A stretch of 64,000 nucleotides of DNA from an uncultured Spirochaetota bacterium (GCA_963768055.1 CAVYGN010000002.1:192001-256000), one strand, 5' to 3'; counted from the first letter of the stretch, positions 20,386 through 31,761 are shown. Notes: generated from the letters alone by a model not told the origin. Numbers and translations are program-made.

Positions 20386-21720
20386 TTATTGCTTAATATT
20401 TTTAAAGAAGGTAAGGATAAACTGTTCACCGCTTATTTCCTGCACCTGTTTATAAAATCCATAGTCCTTGCATTCAGGGGCCGTCCCGAAAAGAGTATAT
20501 AGTAAGCATGTCATATTGCCCGAGTATTCACGGTTCAGCGCCTCTTCAGCCCTTTTTAGATCGGAAACGTTCATCGCGTAAGGGACCTTGAAAAAGATAT
20601 GACACCGCGAATTACCTTCCTTGAATATTTTAAAGTTCTTTTCTGAACTTATTATCTGGGATGAATGGAGCTTCAGATAATTATAAACAAAATCATTAAA
20701 ATGAGATTCGTCTTTTGAATAAAAATCTTCAAGAAGGGGATAATCGATCAGGACCTTATACTTTGCCATCAAATCCTTGAGGTCTGCGTAATCCGGATTG
20801 ATCCGGTAGGCTCTAACCCAGGCGTCGATCGCCCTGAGATAATCTTCCTGATCGAAATACGCTCTCCCCTGCATGTAAAGAGCCTGGTCTTTGTATTTAT
20901 TAGGAAGCCTGTCGGAATAAGCAGACGATATTCTAATGGCCTCTTTCATCTGGTTGTCCAGGATCAGGTTTTTCAGGATCTTTATAAGAGATTCTTCAAA
21001 ATAATCAGTATCGTTAAGAAGGGGTTTTAAAACATTGATAGACTCTTTGTAATTTTTCAAATTTGTGTATACATCCGCCAATTGGAAATAAAGATTGTTC
21101 TTTTCACGGTTATCATTTATCGGCAGCCTCAAGGCGCTCTCAAAAGCATATACTGCCTTGCGGTAATTGCCTATTTTAGTGTACGCCTTACCCAGCAGGC
21201 CGAAGCCTTGCCAAAAATCAGACTTGATCATCACCGTTTTTTCAAGGTTTGAGATGACCTTCTGATAATTTTTCGATTTATAATAAATATCCGAAAGCTT
21301 GTACAAAGCCCTTATATCCAGCGAATTTTCCTGAAGGGCCAGCATGTAATTCCCAGAAGCCTTTACATAGTCATTCTTTTGATTGTACAGGTCCCCGATC
21401 CTGATCAGTACATCGATCTTCAAACTTTTTCTGACTTCTATAGAAAAATAGGTGATCGAATCTTCGTAAAATTTGATCGCCTTGGGATAGTCTTTCAAAC
21501 CCTCATAGGCTCTTGCCGAGTAATAATATGCCAGGAACGAACGCTTTTCCTTGAGATACTCCGTGGCCAGGTCGAGGGCCTCTTTATACCTGCCCGAATT
21601 AATGGCATCCTCTAAATAGTTAAGCTTCTTACTTGATAGATATAGCCTGTATATCAGAACAATGCCGATGATAACCAGGAATAATCCGATAGAAACAAGA
21701 AACAACAAAAAAATATTCAT
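20386..21720 (-). CDS. Membrane-anchored TPR protein
   Basis: N-terminal TM helix (MNIFLLFL...) followed by multiple TPR repeats. Confidence 0.8.
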   Translation of the reverse strand: MNIFLLFLVSIGLFLVIIGIVLIYRLYLSSKKLNYLEDAINSGRYKEALDLATEYLKEKRSFLAYYYSARAYEGLKDYPKAIKFYEDSITYFSIEVRKSLKIDVLIRIGDLYNQKNDYVKASGNYMLALQENSLDIRALYKLSDIYYKSKNYQKVISNLEKTVMIKSDFWQGFGLLGKAYTKIGNYRKAVYAFESALRLPINDNREKNNLYFQLADVYTNLKNYKESINVLKPLLNDTDYFEESLIKILKNLILDNQMKEAIRISSAYSDRLPNKYKDQALYMQGRAYFDQEDYLRAIDAWVRAYRINPDYADLKDLMAKYKVLIDYPLLEDFYSKDESHFNDFVYNYLKLHSSQIISSEKNFKIFKEGNSRCHIFFKVPYAMNVSDLKRAEEALNREYSGNMTCLLYTLFGTAPECKDYGFYKQVQEISGEQFILTFFKNIKQ

Positions 21721-21756
21721 CGGCCCCTCTGCCCGCTGTAAATGTTTACTATTGAC

Positions 21757-21972
21757 GGGCGCTTCTAAAAACCTTCGGATAGGAAGCGCCCATAGGGCAT
21801 GCATAATAGAGTTAATCAGAAACATGTTATAATAAATGGTAATATTCTTGAGATATTAGAACTGCCCTAACAATTATAACATAAAAATGATTTTTGGAGC
21901 ATTTTAGCAATACTTTTTTTTTATGGGCAATTCATTCAACAATCGACAGCCGACTGATTATTAGAACTGCTG
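21757..21972. repeat. Cluster of short MITE-like inverted-repeat remnants (GGGCRCTTCTAA/TTAGAACTGCCC)
   Basis: GGGCGCTTCTAAAAAC...GGAAGCGCCC, then TTAGAACTGCCCT and TTAGAACTGCTG. Confidence 0.55.
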
Positions 21973-22081
21973 TTGAGTCCGTTTTGGCCGAAAATTATAC
22001 TTTTTTTAAAAAAAATCTTATGCTATAATTAACGCTTTGCAAGTAATTATTTCCGGTTAAATAAAATCATGGTGTTTGATA

Positions 22082-23926
22082 ATGAAAAGACTTGTTTTGA
22101 TCGTAATGCTCGAAGGTTTTTTTTTCTTAGGGATTTCATACCCGATTAACGAACTTCGCACGCTTGATTTTTTACCAAGATATTCGGTAATAAACTCTTC
22201 ATGTTTCGGGGGCGACAGCGGATCTTTACTGGTGAATCCGGCCGGATTGTCTTATGTGGACAGGATGACGGCAGAGCTCTCCACCACAAATTTCCAGAAT
22301 ATAAATTTATTGGGTATATCCGCCCTGCTTCCCGGAAATGCCGGTGTTCTCGGATTGGACATATATAATACCGCTTCTGACAGCAATACTATAAAAAAAG
22401 GTTTCGCATTCGGATGGGCCAAAGAGTTTTTTGGGTGCTTTTCACTGGGCGCCGGTCTAAAAACCGTATCTGATTATATGTTCGACATTAACGATGGAGT
22501 TCTATTTGACGCAGGCCTTATATTTACGCCAAACGATTCCCTGAATATCGATTTCTTAAGAAACAGCTATATCAACAATAAAATATTTTTAAGTTTTGTG
22601 GTCCAGGACCTGGTTATAAAAGAACCGGCAACCGCATCCCCGGAACAGATGAATTTAAGGTTAGGGATCGGTTACAACCTTGACTCCATATGGACAAAGT
22701 TTTTCCTTGAAAAAATGCTGCTAAGCACAAACGAACCTCTTATTTTCGGCGCTGAAATCAATCCCTCCACTGATATTTTAAAATTCTTATTCCTGAGGGC
22801 TTCTTTCGAAGTCGATACCATGGACACTAAACTGGGGATCGGCATTCATGGTGAAGACGCAATGATAGATTTTTCTTATTCGATTAAAAGTAACGATTTT
22901 TTTCTTTCCTTTAACGTTTATTTTGAGAAAAGCCCGCAGGAAATGTCGGCCGAGAGCTACAACGAGAGTTTGATCCTTTATAACGAGGCTGTGGACGATG
23001 AAAAAGCGGGCGGCGATGCGCTGGATAAATATCTATCCGTTTTCGATAAGCTAACCTCTGCAGTTACGCTGGACAGGAACAATAGAAAGGCCCTGGTCCT
23101 GAAAACCCGGGTCGACATTAAATTAAACGATTACAGGTCACAGGATTTAACCAATGCCCAAACAGCCGATGCAAAAAAAGATCCGGTTACAGCGCTGATT
23201 TACTATAACAAGGCTGCGAAAATCGAACCGAACCCTGAGCTTAATATCAAAATAAAAACGCTGATGACTAACCAGACTGTCATTGCTTATGTCATTAGCA
23301 GCAAAACCGATATAAAAAATGCGATAGCCGCCAGGAAATTCCTGACCGCGAAAAGAGTAATTGTAAAACTCCTGCAGGTTATGCCCAGGGATTCCGATGC
23401 ACAAACGACAATGATAAGCGTTAATACCGAATTGAAAAAATACGCAGAGGTATACTATCAGAAAGCACAGTCTCTTTACGACAGGGAACTGTACGAAGAC
23501 AGCATAAAAGAGGCCAGGACCTCACTAATCTATGATCCGGACCTTGAAAAAGCGCAGGATCTATTAAGCCTGGGTTTAACAGATCTGTCTGAAAAACAAT
23601 CAAGCCGGAAGGCAAACGAATTGTTCGGGAATAAAAATTATATCGGGGCCCTTAAAATGGCAAATTATATTTTAACAAGGGATCCTGAAAACCGGGATGC
23701 CGCCGCATTAAAGGACAGGGTTGTGAGAATCTTCAGGGACAATATAAAGAGTTATCTTGATGATGGAATCTCTTTTTATAACAGCGGCGATTTTGACAAA
23801 GCGATAGAGAATTTCGATATTGTCCTGCTGGTCGATCCCGGTAATAATACGGCCTCAGACTATAAAACCAGGGCCGAATCGAAACAGAAGGAGCTTGAGA
23901 AATCAGGAGAAATTCAGGAGCAGTAA
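22082..23926 (+). CDS. Outer-membrane PorV/FadL-like N-terminal domain plus C-terminal TPR repeats
   Basis: NPAGLS motif, beta-rich N-half, TPR C-half. Confidence 0.65.
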   Translation: MKRLVLIVMLEGFFFLGISYPINELRTLDFLPRYSVINSSCFGGDSGSLLVNPAGLSYVDRMTAELSTTNFQNINLLGISALLPGNAGVLGLDIYNTASDSNTIKKGFAFGWAKEFFGCFSLGAGLKTVSDYMFDINDGVLFDAGLIFTPNDSLNIDFLRNSYINNKIFLSFVVQDLVIKEPATASPEQMNLRLGIGYNLDSIWTKFFLEKMLLSTNEPLIFGAEINPSTDILKFLFLRASFEVDTMDTKLGIGIHGEDAMIDFSYSIKSNDFFLSFNVYFEKSPQEMSAESYNESLILYNEAVDDEKAGGDALDKYLSVFDKLTSAVTLDRNNRKALVLKTRVDIKLNDYRSQDLTNAQTADAKKDPVTALIYYNKAAKIEPNPELNIKIKTLMTNQTVIAYVISSKTDIKNAIAARKFLTAKRVIVKLLQVMPRDSDAQTTMISVNTELKKYAEVYYQKAQSLYDRELYEDSIKEARTSLIYDPDLEKAQDLLSLGLTDLSEKQSSRKANELFGNKNYIGALKMANYILTRDPENRDAAALKDRVVRIFRDNIKSYLDDGISFYNSGDFDKAIENFDIVLLVDPGNNTASDYKTRAESKQKELEKSGEIQEQ

Positions 23927-23929
23927 ATA

Positions 23930-24700
23930 ATGATAAAAAAACTAGGACTCAATATCGATCATATTGCCACACTTCGGGAGGCAAGGCATGCCGAGTATCC
24001 CGATCCGGTAGCCGCTGCCGTTATTGCCGAACTTTCAGGTGTCGACGGTATAACGGTGCATCTCCGGGAAGACCGGAGGCATATCCAGGACAGGGATGTC
24101 AGACTGTTAAGGGAAATCGTAAAAGTCCGGCTCAATCTGGAGATGGCGCTGCATCCGGATATAATCGAAACAGCCCTGAAAATAATTCCCGATGATGTTT
24201 GCATAGTTCCTGAAAAGAGAGAGGAAATAACGACCGAGGGAGGACTGGATGTTATAAATAATAAAGACAGTCTGAAGCTTGTTATCCCTTCGCTGCATGA
24301 AAAAGGCATTAAGGTAAGCCTTTTTATAGACCCGGATAAGGCTCAAATAGAATCAGCCAGGGAAACCGGCGCCGATTATATTGAACTCCACACCGGAAGA
24401 TACTCGTCAAACATTAACCCGGAGGCTAAAAATATAGAACTGAGCTCTCTTATCGAATGCGCCGGCTATGCAAGTGTTCTTGGTCTTGGGGTAAACGCCG
24501 GCCATGGCTTGAATTATAGCAATGTGTACCCGGTCGCTATGATAGAGGAAATTGAAACGCTTAATATCGGACATTCGATAATATCAAGGGCTGTCCTGTC
24601 AGGCCTCGGCGAGGCCATTACCGTTATGATATCTATCCTTGAGAGGGCGAGGGCAGATTCTCTTCACAGGGGATTTCCTTACGATCCATCCCCTGCCTGA
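23930..24700 (+). CDS. pdxJ: Pyridoxine 5'-phosphate synthase
   Basis: LGLNIDHIATLR, HLREDRRHI, TTEGG, ELHTG, NAGHGL, NIGHSI. Confidence 0.96.
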   Translation: MIKKLGLNIDHIATLREARHAEYPDPVAAAVIAELSGVDGITVHLREDRRHIQDRDVRLLREIVKVRLNLEMALHPDIIETALKIIPDDVCIVPEKREEITTEGGLDVINNKDSLKLVIPSLHEKGIKVSLFIDPDKAQIESARETGADYIELHTGRYSSNINPEAKNIELSSLIECAGYASVLGLGVNAGHGLNYSNVYPVAMIEEIETLNIGHSIISRAVLSGLGEAITVMISILERARADSLHRGFPYDPSPA

Positions 24701-25613
24701 TGCAGTTAAGGGCCATCAGATTTTCCAGAATGGCGGTGTTTTTATGTTTCTCAAGGGTCCATAATGGAGCTACAAGCTTTTCTTCCGGGCATTCTCCAAA
24801 AAGTCTGTGAATAACGGTGTCAGCGGGAATTTTCGGCAGTAATTTCAGCAGGAGGCCGATGTATTGGTCCCTCTCCAGCAGTTTAAGCCTTTTATTATTA
24901 TAATATTTCTCGAGGACCGTATCCTTTTCAACATATAAATGATGAAACTTAAAACCATCAACACCCAGATCCGTTAAAACGGCCGCGCTGTGAAGCATAT
25001 CTTCTTCAGTCTCGCCGGGCAGTCCGAAGATAAGGTGGGCTGCAACATGTATCCGTCCGCTCATTCCTGTCAAACTTATAGCTCTGGCCGTGTCCTGGGC
25101 AGTATGACAGCGGTTGATCTTCTTAAGAGTATTATTTTTCATACTCTGAGCCCCGTATTCGACTATAAGAAAAGTTTCTTCGGACAGGCGGTTAAACATA
25201 TCAATTTTTGCCTGATCGACACAATCAGGCCTGGTTCCTATCGCTATTCCGCAAATTCCAGGCGCCCTGAGCGCGCTTTTATAGAGGCTGTATAATTCTT
25301 CAACCCCGGAGTATGAATTGGAATAAGCCTGAAAATATGCAATGAACTTTTTAACCCCGTATTTTTTCCCGATGATTTTACTGCCTGAATCTATCTGATC
25401 AGCTATTGAAAGCGATGGGATTACATACCCGGCCTTAGCCCCGGATTCACCGCAGTAAATGCACCCTCCGACGCCCTTTGTACCATCCCTGTTAGGACAG
25501 GTAAATCCCGCATCAATCGATATCCTGTAAACTTTTTCACCGAATTTTTTTTTAAGAAAAGAATTGAAACTGTAATAATTAAGGCCCGCAGTCATGGTAA
25601 TGGCGGCAGTCAT
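24633..25613 (-). CDS. Radical SAM protein of the YhcC/YtqA type
   Basis: GFTCPNRDG...GGCIYC, YFQAYSN, GTRPDC. Confidence 0.9.
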   Translation of the reverse strand: MTAAITMTAGLNYYSFNSFLKKKFGEKVYRISIDAGFTCPNRDGTKGVGGCIYCGESGAKAGYVIPSLSIADQIDSGSKIIGKKYGVKKFIAYFQAYSNSYSGVEELYSLYKSALRAPGICGIAIGTRPDCVDQAKIDMFNRLSEETFLIVEYGAQSMKNNTLKKINRCHTAQDTARAISLTGMSGRIHVAAHLIFGLPGETEEDMLHSAAVLTDLGVDGFKFHHLYVEKDTVLEKYYNNKRLKLLERDQYIGLLLKLLPKIPADTVIHRLFGECPEEKLVAPLWTLEKHKNTAILENLMALNCIRQGMDRKEIPCEENLPSPSQG

Positions 25614-26728
25614 GCGGCTTTCACGAGCGCCAGTATTAATTTTACCGTGTTTTCAAGGTCATCGATCTCGACATATTCCTCAGTTGAATGGACATTCATC
25701 ATGCCTACAGCCAGATTGACAGAGGTCAATTTGTTCTGATTGTAAAGATTCGTGTTGCTTCCCCCCCCTGTTCTTTCAAAACGCGGGACCAGGCCGATCG
25801 ATTCAATAGCCGACTTCGCGAATTTAATTATTTCATCATGTTTTGAAAAATTGAATCCCTTGTACAACTCTTTAAATTCAAGAACTATATCGAGGGCATC
25901 CTTCCTGTTTTCCTCAACCGCAGCAGATATCTCGTTTTTCAAGCGTGTAATCTCATAAATGTTATGAGACCTGAATTCGCCCTTTATAGTGCAATCCTCG
26001 GGAATGATATTAATAGCCTGCCCTCCATCGATCACCCCAACATTTGCGACGGTATCCTTGTTTAATTTTCCCTGAGGCAATTCTTTTATAATTTCAGCGG
26101 CTATCTTGATCGCGTTTATGCCATGTTCCGGCGCTATTCCGGCATGACTTGCCTTTCCCTTGACCCTTACATCATAACCGAAATGATGCGGGGCGGCCAC
26201 AACTACGCCTCCGACTTTACCATGAGAATCAAGAATAAAACCGAAGTCCGTTTTAATCTTTGAAAAATCGAGGTAATGAACGCCGGTAAGCCCTATTTCT
26301 TCCGCAGATGTAAATAAAAAATAAACGTCTCCATGACCGGCTTTCGATGATATTATTTCTTCAAGGGCTATGATCATAGCCGCCACTCCGGCTTTATCGT
26401 CACCGCCGAGAATCGTGCTTCCATCGCTTTTAACCCTGTCATCCGTTACAACGGGTTTTATACCGATCCCGGGTTCAACTGTATCAACATGCGAATCAAA
26501 AAAAATGCTTTTCCTATTTTTTTCATTCGAACATAATTTGACTACCAGATTGCCCGAATTCTCGCCGATTTCATCTATACTATAGGGAATGTATTCTATT
26601 TCAACAGGTAAATCCGACAACCTGTCTTTTAAATAACAAAACATCTTTTCTTCCTTTAACGAGAGGCTGTCTATTTTTACTATTTTTACAAACTCTTCGA
26701 CCACCCTATTTCTGATAGTTATTTCCAT
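25610..26728 (-). CDS. M20 family peptidase (peptidase T-like)
   Basis: SHVDTV, GGDDKAG, EEIG, HAG, HSTEE. Confidence 0.9.
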   Translation of the reverse strand: MEITIRNRVVEEFVKIVKIDSLSLKEEKMFCYLKDRLSDLPVEIEYIPYSIDEIGENSGNLVVKLCSNEKNRKSIFFDSHVDTVEPGIGIKPVVTDDRVKSDGSTILGGDDKAGVAAMIIALEEIISSKAGHGDVYFLFTSAEEIGLTGVHYLDFSKIKTDFGFILDSHGKVGGVVVAAPHHFGYDVRVKGKASHAGIAPEHGINAIKIAAEIIKELPQGKLNKDTVANVGVIDGGQAINIIPEDCTIKGEFRSHNIYEITRLKNEISAAVEENRKDALDIVLEFKELYKGFNFSKHDEIIKFAKSAIESIGLVPRFERTGGGSNTNLYNQNKLTSVNLAVGMMNVHSTEEYVEIDDLENTVKLILALVKAA

Positions 26729-27398
26729 TGATACCCCTTAAATACTCTTCGGCCATAATAAGATCGAAAGGCGTTGTGATTTTTATATTATGCTCTTCTC
26801 CGTCAATAATATCGGCTGCCATACCCTGCATCTCAAACAAGCGGGAATCGTCTGTAAAACATGTCAAACCCCTGTCTCCGGCCAACATATGAGCCTTATA
26901 TATAAGGTCGAATTTAAAGACCTGCGGAGTTTGAAGTTCGTAAGCCTTGTTCCTGTCAATATAACCTGAAATCGTTTCAGCATCATCCGATAGGACAAGC
27001 GTGCCGCGAACTTTGACTGCAGGAACAGCGGAACCTTTATCGGCAGCATGGCGAATGCATTTTTTGAGTAATGATAATGAAAAGAGCGGCCTGACGCCGT
27101 CATGAATGACAACAATGTCGATATTTTTTCCCGATAAACGATTGAGCCCGCTTAACACAGAGAGCTGCCTTGAAAGCCCTCCTTCCGCCACTTCTATCGA
27201 ACTTCCGGCAATCAGTTTTCGGGTTTCATCCATCCAGTCCCTGTTCGCCACTAGAACCATATAATCCACGGCATCCTTAAATTTGCCAATACTGTATTCA
27301 AGGATGCCTTTGCCTTGAAGTTTTAAAAATTGTTTGGGGATCGCGGAACCAAACCTTGCCCCGGTTCCGCCGGCCAGAATAATGCCGCCGACTTTCAT
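26706..27398 (-). CDS. ispD: 2-C-methyl-D-erythritol 4-phosphate cytidylyltransferase
   Basis: LAGGTGARFG...PKQF, IHDGVRP, QTPQ, NIKITTPFD. Confidence 0.9.
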   Translation of the reverse strand: MKVGGIILAGGTGARFGSAIPKQFLKLQGKGILEYSIGKFKDAVDYMVLVANRDWMDETRKLIAGSSIEVAEGGLSRQLSVLSGLNRLSGKNIDIVVIHDGVRPLFSLSLLKKCIRHAADKGSAVPAVKVRGTLVLSDDAETISGYIDRNKAYELQTPQVFKFDLIYKAHMLAGDRGLTCFTDDSRLFEMQGMAADIIDGEEHNIKITTPFDLIMAEEYLRGINGNNYQK

Positions 27399-27402
27399 AT
27401 GC

Positions 27403-27762
27403 TTATTTGTTTGAACCGGGCCCCATATTTGACAGGATATTAAGTACGTTATTCGTAGAAGCGTTTGTATTCACCGTTATCCCAGGCTGCTGTGTCCCGG
27501 TTTCCTGAGTCTGGCGTGAACGGGTGTAATTATTATATTCCTTGATTTTAATATAACTCATCAAAAAGGCGGTTACAAAAAATATACCTACCAGCCACTT
27601 CGTGAAATTCACCAGCACTTCGCTGGTTTTCGCCCCGAATGCTCCAAGGGTGAGATCGCTGCCGAATACTCCGGATTGGGCCCCGCTGCCTGATTGGAGT
27701 AGAATGACCGGAACCATCAATACTATATCTAAAATAAAGATTACCATTAAAAATGAGAACAT
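27403..27762 (-). CDS. secG: Preprotein translocase subunit SecG
   Basis: Two TM helices; ILLQ...G...FG; location next to apt. Confidence 0.8.
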   Translation of the reverse strand: MFSFLMVIFILDIVLMVPVILLQSGSGAQSGVFGSDLTLGAFGAKTSEVLVNFTKWLVGIFFVTAFLMSYIKIKEYNNYTRSRQTQETGTQQPGITVNTNASTNNVLNILSNMGPGSNK

Positions 27763-27801
27763 AAATCCTCCCTATTAGACCGCAAAAAAATTTTCAGCTT
27801 T

Positions 27802-28311
27802 TCAACTTTTCAACAATGAAAATACGGGGTATTTGATATTTTCCCTGCCGTTCAAGCCCTCAAGTTCAATCAGAAAAACGCATTCAACGATCTTTCCGCC
27901 CAGGCGTTCCACGAGTTTAATCATCGCCCCGGTTGTGCCTCCTGTGGCAAGAAGATCGTCAATTATAAGAACATTATCGCCGGCTGAAATCGAGTCCTTA
28001 TGGACTTCAATCGCCGCTTCGCCATACTCAAGAGCGTATTTCTGAGAGACGGTCTCAGCCGGAAGCTTCGACGGTTTTCGCGCTGGAACGAATCCCGCAC
28101 CAAGCAGATAAGCCAGAGGAGCCCCCACAATAAAACCCCTGGATTCAGGTCCCACGACTTTATTGATATTTTTACCCCTGCAATGCGAGTACAGGTCGTC
28201 TATACTGCTTTTAAAGGCCGAATGGTCTTTCCATAACGTCGTTAAATCTTTAAACAATATCCCGGCCTTGGGAAAATCAGGCACTTCCCGGATATATGAG
28301 TTATAATCCAT
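27802..28311 (-). CDS. apt: Adenine phosphoribosyltransferase
   Basis: PDFPKAGILFKD, ESRGF, LEYG, IDDLLATGGT. Confidence 0.97.
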   Translation of the reverse strand: MDYNSYIREVPDFPKAGILFKDLTTLWKDHSAFKSSIDDLYSHCRGKNINKVVGPESRGFIVGAPLAYLLGAGFVPARKPSKLPAETVSQKYALEYGEAAIEVHKDSISAGDNVLIIDDLLATGGTTGAMIKLVERLGGKIVECVFLIELEGLNGRENIKYPVFSLLKS

Positions 28312-28458
28312 GGCTTCCCCCTGATAAAAATCTCACCGTTTATTTTACAATATTTATTAAATTCTGTAAATTAATGGTTCAACTATCTTTACACTGATGT
28401 AATTTGAAATATTTGGAGAAGTGATAAGAAAATCTTCAGACGAAATCAGGGGAAGTAT

Positions 28459-29184
28459 TTATCCAAGTTCAAAATAGATATTGCTCAGGGCGGATAACGC
28501 CGCCGTATCTGTTTTAAGAATCATGCCCCCCAGGCTCGCGCTGTGAAAGCCGGCGGTTATTAATCTGTCGGCCTCACCGCAGGAAATTCCTCCTTCAGGG
28601 CCTATTAACAGTTCTATCTTTTTGGCTTTGCTGCCCGATAGAATCTTTTTAAGAGTTTTTTCTTCCTCCAGCTCCCATAAAAGGATTTTCATCGAATCTT
28701 TTAAAAGCATGCCGCCGATATTCTCGATTGAGACGGTATAATGTATAGACATCTGACTGCTTCGCCCGATCTGTTTCATTGTTTCAAGAGCAATCCTTTC
28801 CCATCTTGCGATCTTTTTAAGCCCTCTCTCCTGGGAGAGTTTGGAAATCGTCCTTTCTGTTACGACCGGGACTAACTCATTGACCCCCATCTCGCATGAC
28901 TTTTCCACGATCCAGTCAAATTTTCCTCCCCTGGGAAGGGCCTGGTAAAGGCGTACAAATGTCAACCTTCCCGCCGAAGGGTGTATTTCCAATATTTCCA
29001 GATTAACAATATCCTGCCTTATATCTTTTATCCTGACTTTAAGATTGTTTCCCCTTCCATCAGTCGCCGGTATTATATCACCCAGGTTCTTCCTTAAAAC
29101 ATGAGTTAAATGGTGAACATCGCTTCCGGCGATAAAAGCCGTTATACCATCGATATTTTCATCCGGAATAAAAAATTTTCTCAC
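28459..29184 (-). CDS. rsmE: 16S rRNA (uracil-N3)-methyltransferase RsmE
   Basis: HHLTHVLR, EKSCEMGV, IGPEGG, LKTDTA; GTG start inferred. Confidence 0.9.
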   Translation of the reverse strand: MRKFFIPDENIDGITAFIAGSDVHHLTHVLRKNLGDIIPATDGRGNNLKVRIKDIRQDIVNLEILEIHPSAGRLTFVRLYQALPRGGKFDWIVEKSCEMGVNELVPVVTERTISKLSQERGLKKIARWERIALETMKQIGRSSQMSIHYTVSIENIGGMLLKDSMKILLWELEEEKTLKKILSGSKAKKIELLIGPEGGISCGEADRLITAGFHSASLGGMILKTDTAALSALSNIYFELG

Positions 29185-29200
29185 AATAAATATCTCAATA

Positions 29201-29791
29201 TCAATAATTATATGATAAAAGCTCAAAATACGCCCTGGGATGCTCGCAAACCGGGCATTTTACCGGCGCCTCGGCCGATTCTAATATATACCCGCAGTTC
29301 CTGCATTTCCACAGGACCTTTTTATTCTTTTTGAATACTTCCCCGCTTTTGAGGTTTTGAGCCAGTTTTCTATAACGCTCCTCATGACTTTTCTCAATTT
29401 TAGCTATGCCGCTAAAAGTCCTTGCTGCGTCCATAAAACCTTCCTGCTCGGCTGCTCCTGCAAATTCAGGGTAGAGTTTTGTCCATTCCTCATGCTCTCC
29501 GTCCGCCGCGCTTTCCAGGTTTTTTATTGTATCGTCAGAAAAAGCGATCGGAAAAGCCGCTATGATGTCCTGCATGCAGTCGGTATTTACGTTAGTACAT
29601 AGCTGTTTATAAAAAAGCTTTGCATGTTCTTTTTCATTTTCTGCTGTTTCCATAAAAATCCCTGCGATCTGCTGAAGACCTTCCTTACCGGCGCAGGAAG
29701 AATAAAATGCGTACCTGTTCCTCGCCTGTGATTCTCCGGCAAAGGCCTTCATAAGATTTCCGGCTGTTTTTGAATCCTTGAACTGTTTCAT
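29201..29791 (-). CDS. rbr: Rubrerythrin
   Basis: [33 protein letters not shown]...CPVC. Confidence 0.95.
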   Translation of the reverse strand: MKQFKDSKTAGNLMKAFAGESQARNRYAFYSSCAGKEGLQQIAGIFMETAENEKEHAKLFYKQLCTNVNTDCMQDIIAAFPIAFSDDTIKNLESAADGEHEEWTKLYPEFAGAAEQEGFMDAARTFSGIAKIEKSHEERYRKLAQNLKSGEVFKKNKKVLWKCRNCGYILESAEAPVKCPVCEHPRAYFELLSYNY

Positions 29792-29808
29792 CTCTTCCCC
29801 CTTCTTTA

Positions 29809-30999
29809 CTATATAATCGAAAGCCCTTTATGCTTATGCTCGATCGCACCGGCGAGCTCGTCCAGGGCCCTGAATTCCTTTTCCCCGGGATATCCCTTCG
29901 CGATGACGGGCGTTAAAACTTCGGCTTTTACATTGTAAAGCATCGCCTGGATCTGTTCCAGGGCTTTTCCTCCCCATCCGTAGGAACCGATTACGGATAC
30001 AAATTTCGTCTTCGGCCTGAGCAGGTTATAAAGATAAACTGCGTATGCTACGGAAGGATGCATGCCGCCCAGGACAGTTGGAGCGCCGACAATAACTGTA
30101 GCGGCGTCTGTCACTGCCATAGCGAGTTTGCCCACGTCAGTGACGGTAAGGTCGAAGGGTTTAACATTGATCCGTTTTTCTATAAGCGCGTCTGTCAGAT
30201 AATCGACCATGACCCTGGTACTTCCATGCATCGATATAAATGGAATGATTACGCTATTAGCGACCCTATCGGAAATCCAATCTTTATAACAGTTAATTAT
30301 GTATTCCGGGTTTTTATAAACTGCGCCATGACTGGGCGCTATGATATTAATGTCCAGCGAAAGGATCTTATCAAAATTTCCGGAGATATTCGACCTGAAG
30401 GGATACATTATCTCCGAGAAATATCTGAAAGCCGGCTCCCTTACCTCCTCCTCCTTTCCCTTTTCAATGAACAGGCGGCTGTCCGCTATATGGGAACCGA
30501 ATAAATCGCAGCTGAAGAGAATTTTGTCCTCTTTATTGTAAGTTAACATAGTTTCAGGCCAATGCACCCAGGGAAATATTATGAACTCAAGGGTTTTATC
30601 ACCCAGGGAAAGAGTTTCACGATCCTCTATAACTATAAATTTATCCTCGCTGACCTGAAGAAGGTCCATAAGGAACGCTTTACATTTAGCATTAGTAACC
30701 ACCTTTGCTCCGGGAAACATGCCCAGAAGACCGGGTATGCACCCGGAATGGTCCTGTTCGGCATGATTTGCAATGATATAGTCAATGTTTTTAATTTTAA
30801 GCTTTTTCAGGTTGGCGTAAATTTGATCGGCCGTTCCAGGATCGACGGTGTCTATAAGCGCTGTTTTATCAGTCCCCTTAATAATATAAGAATTATAACT
30901 GGTCCCGTCCGGAAGAGGGATAAGTTCGTCAAATAATCTTCTTCCCCAATCTTTGCCGCCGATCTCAAATATACCTTCTGTTAATTTTCTCGCCACCAT
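29809..30999 (-). CDS. fprA: Flavodiiron protein (FprA, A-type flavoprotein)
   Basis: [24 protein letters not shown], flavodoxin C-terminus GSYGW. Confidence 0.93.
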   Translation of the reverse strand: MVARKLTEGIFEIGGKDWGRRLFDELIPLPDGTSYNSYIIKGTDKTALIDTVDPGTADQIYANLKKLKIKNIDYIIANHAEQDHSGCIPGLLGMFPGAKVVTNAKCKAFLMDLLQVSEDKFIVIEDRETLSLGDKTLEFIIFPWVHWPETMLTYNKEDKILFSCDLFGSHIADSRLFIEKGKEEEVREPAFRYFSEIMYPFRSNISGNFDKILSLDINIIAPSHGAVYKNPEYIINCYKDWISDRVANSVIIPFISMHGSTRVMVDYLTDALIEKRINVKPFDLTVTDVGKLAMAVTDAATVIVGAPTVLGGMHPSVAYAVYLYNLLRPKTKFVSVIGSYGWGGKALEQIQAMLYNVKAEVLTPVIAKGYPGEKEFRALDELAGAIEHKHKGLSII

Positions 31000-31003
31000 A
31001 TTT

Positions 31004-31702
31004 TTATTCCTTCTTAAACTCGTCTTTAGGGGCGCCGCATACCGGGCATAGCCAGTTTTCCGGTAAATCCTGGAAGCTGGTGCCGGGTTTTATCCCAGCA
31101 TCGGGATCGCCGGCGGCGGGGTCGTAAACATAACCGCAAACTTCACAAACATATTTTTCCATCCTGATATCCTCCTTTATAATTTTTTTATCATGAATAT
31201 TGACATAGGTCGGTGCAAATTTAGACGTTTTCCCCTTTTTAACGTCCCTGTAATAAGCATAAGTCAGAGGCTGGTCTTCCGTCAGGACCGCCGATTCCAA
31301 AAGATTGCCGATGAATATTGAATGGCTGCCCAGATCGACGCTCTTAAAAACTTCGCATACATAATAAGCGATCGAATAATCAAGGATTACTGGAACGCCC
31401 TTTTCCGCTATCTTAAAATTGACGCTTTCAAATTTATTGATTTCCCTCCCCGACCTGAACCCGAATTTCCCGAAAAATTCGAATGGAGCATCCTGTGAAA
31501 GGGCTGAGACTCCGTATAAACCTGAAGTCTCAACCATATTGTGTGTATAGGATTCCTTGTTTATTATAATCTGAAACGTCGGAGGTTCCGAATTTACCTG
31601 GCAGAAAGTATTTCCTAATAAACCGTTATACTTATTGCCCTCGAACGAGGTAAAAAGGTAAAGCCCGTATGTAACTTTAAATAAAGCTTCAATATCAACC
31701 AT
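31004..31702 (-). CDS. Flavin reductase-rubredoxin fusion (high-molecular-weight rubredoxin type)
   Basis: YGLY and GSHSIFIG flavin-reductase domain plus C-terminal [10 protein letters not shown]...WLCPVCG. Confidence 0.9.
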   Translation of the reverse strand: MVDIEALFKVTYGLYLFTSFEGNKYNGLLGNTFCQVNSEPPTFQIIINKESYTHNMVETSGLYGVSALSQDAPFEFFGKFGFRSGREINKFESVNFKIAEKGVPVILDYSIAYYVCEVFKSVDLGSHSIFIGNLLESAVLTEDQPLTYAYYRDVKKGKTSKFAPTYVNIHDKKIIKEDIRMEKYVCEVCGYVYDPAAGDPDAGIKPGTSFQDLPENWLCPVCGAPKDEFKKE

Positions 31703-31761
31703 GTTATGAAAACCCTCCGAATTGATATTTTGATACGCAGAGTGAAATAAGTCAAGATTAA

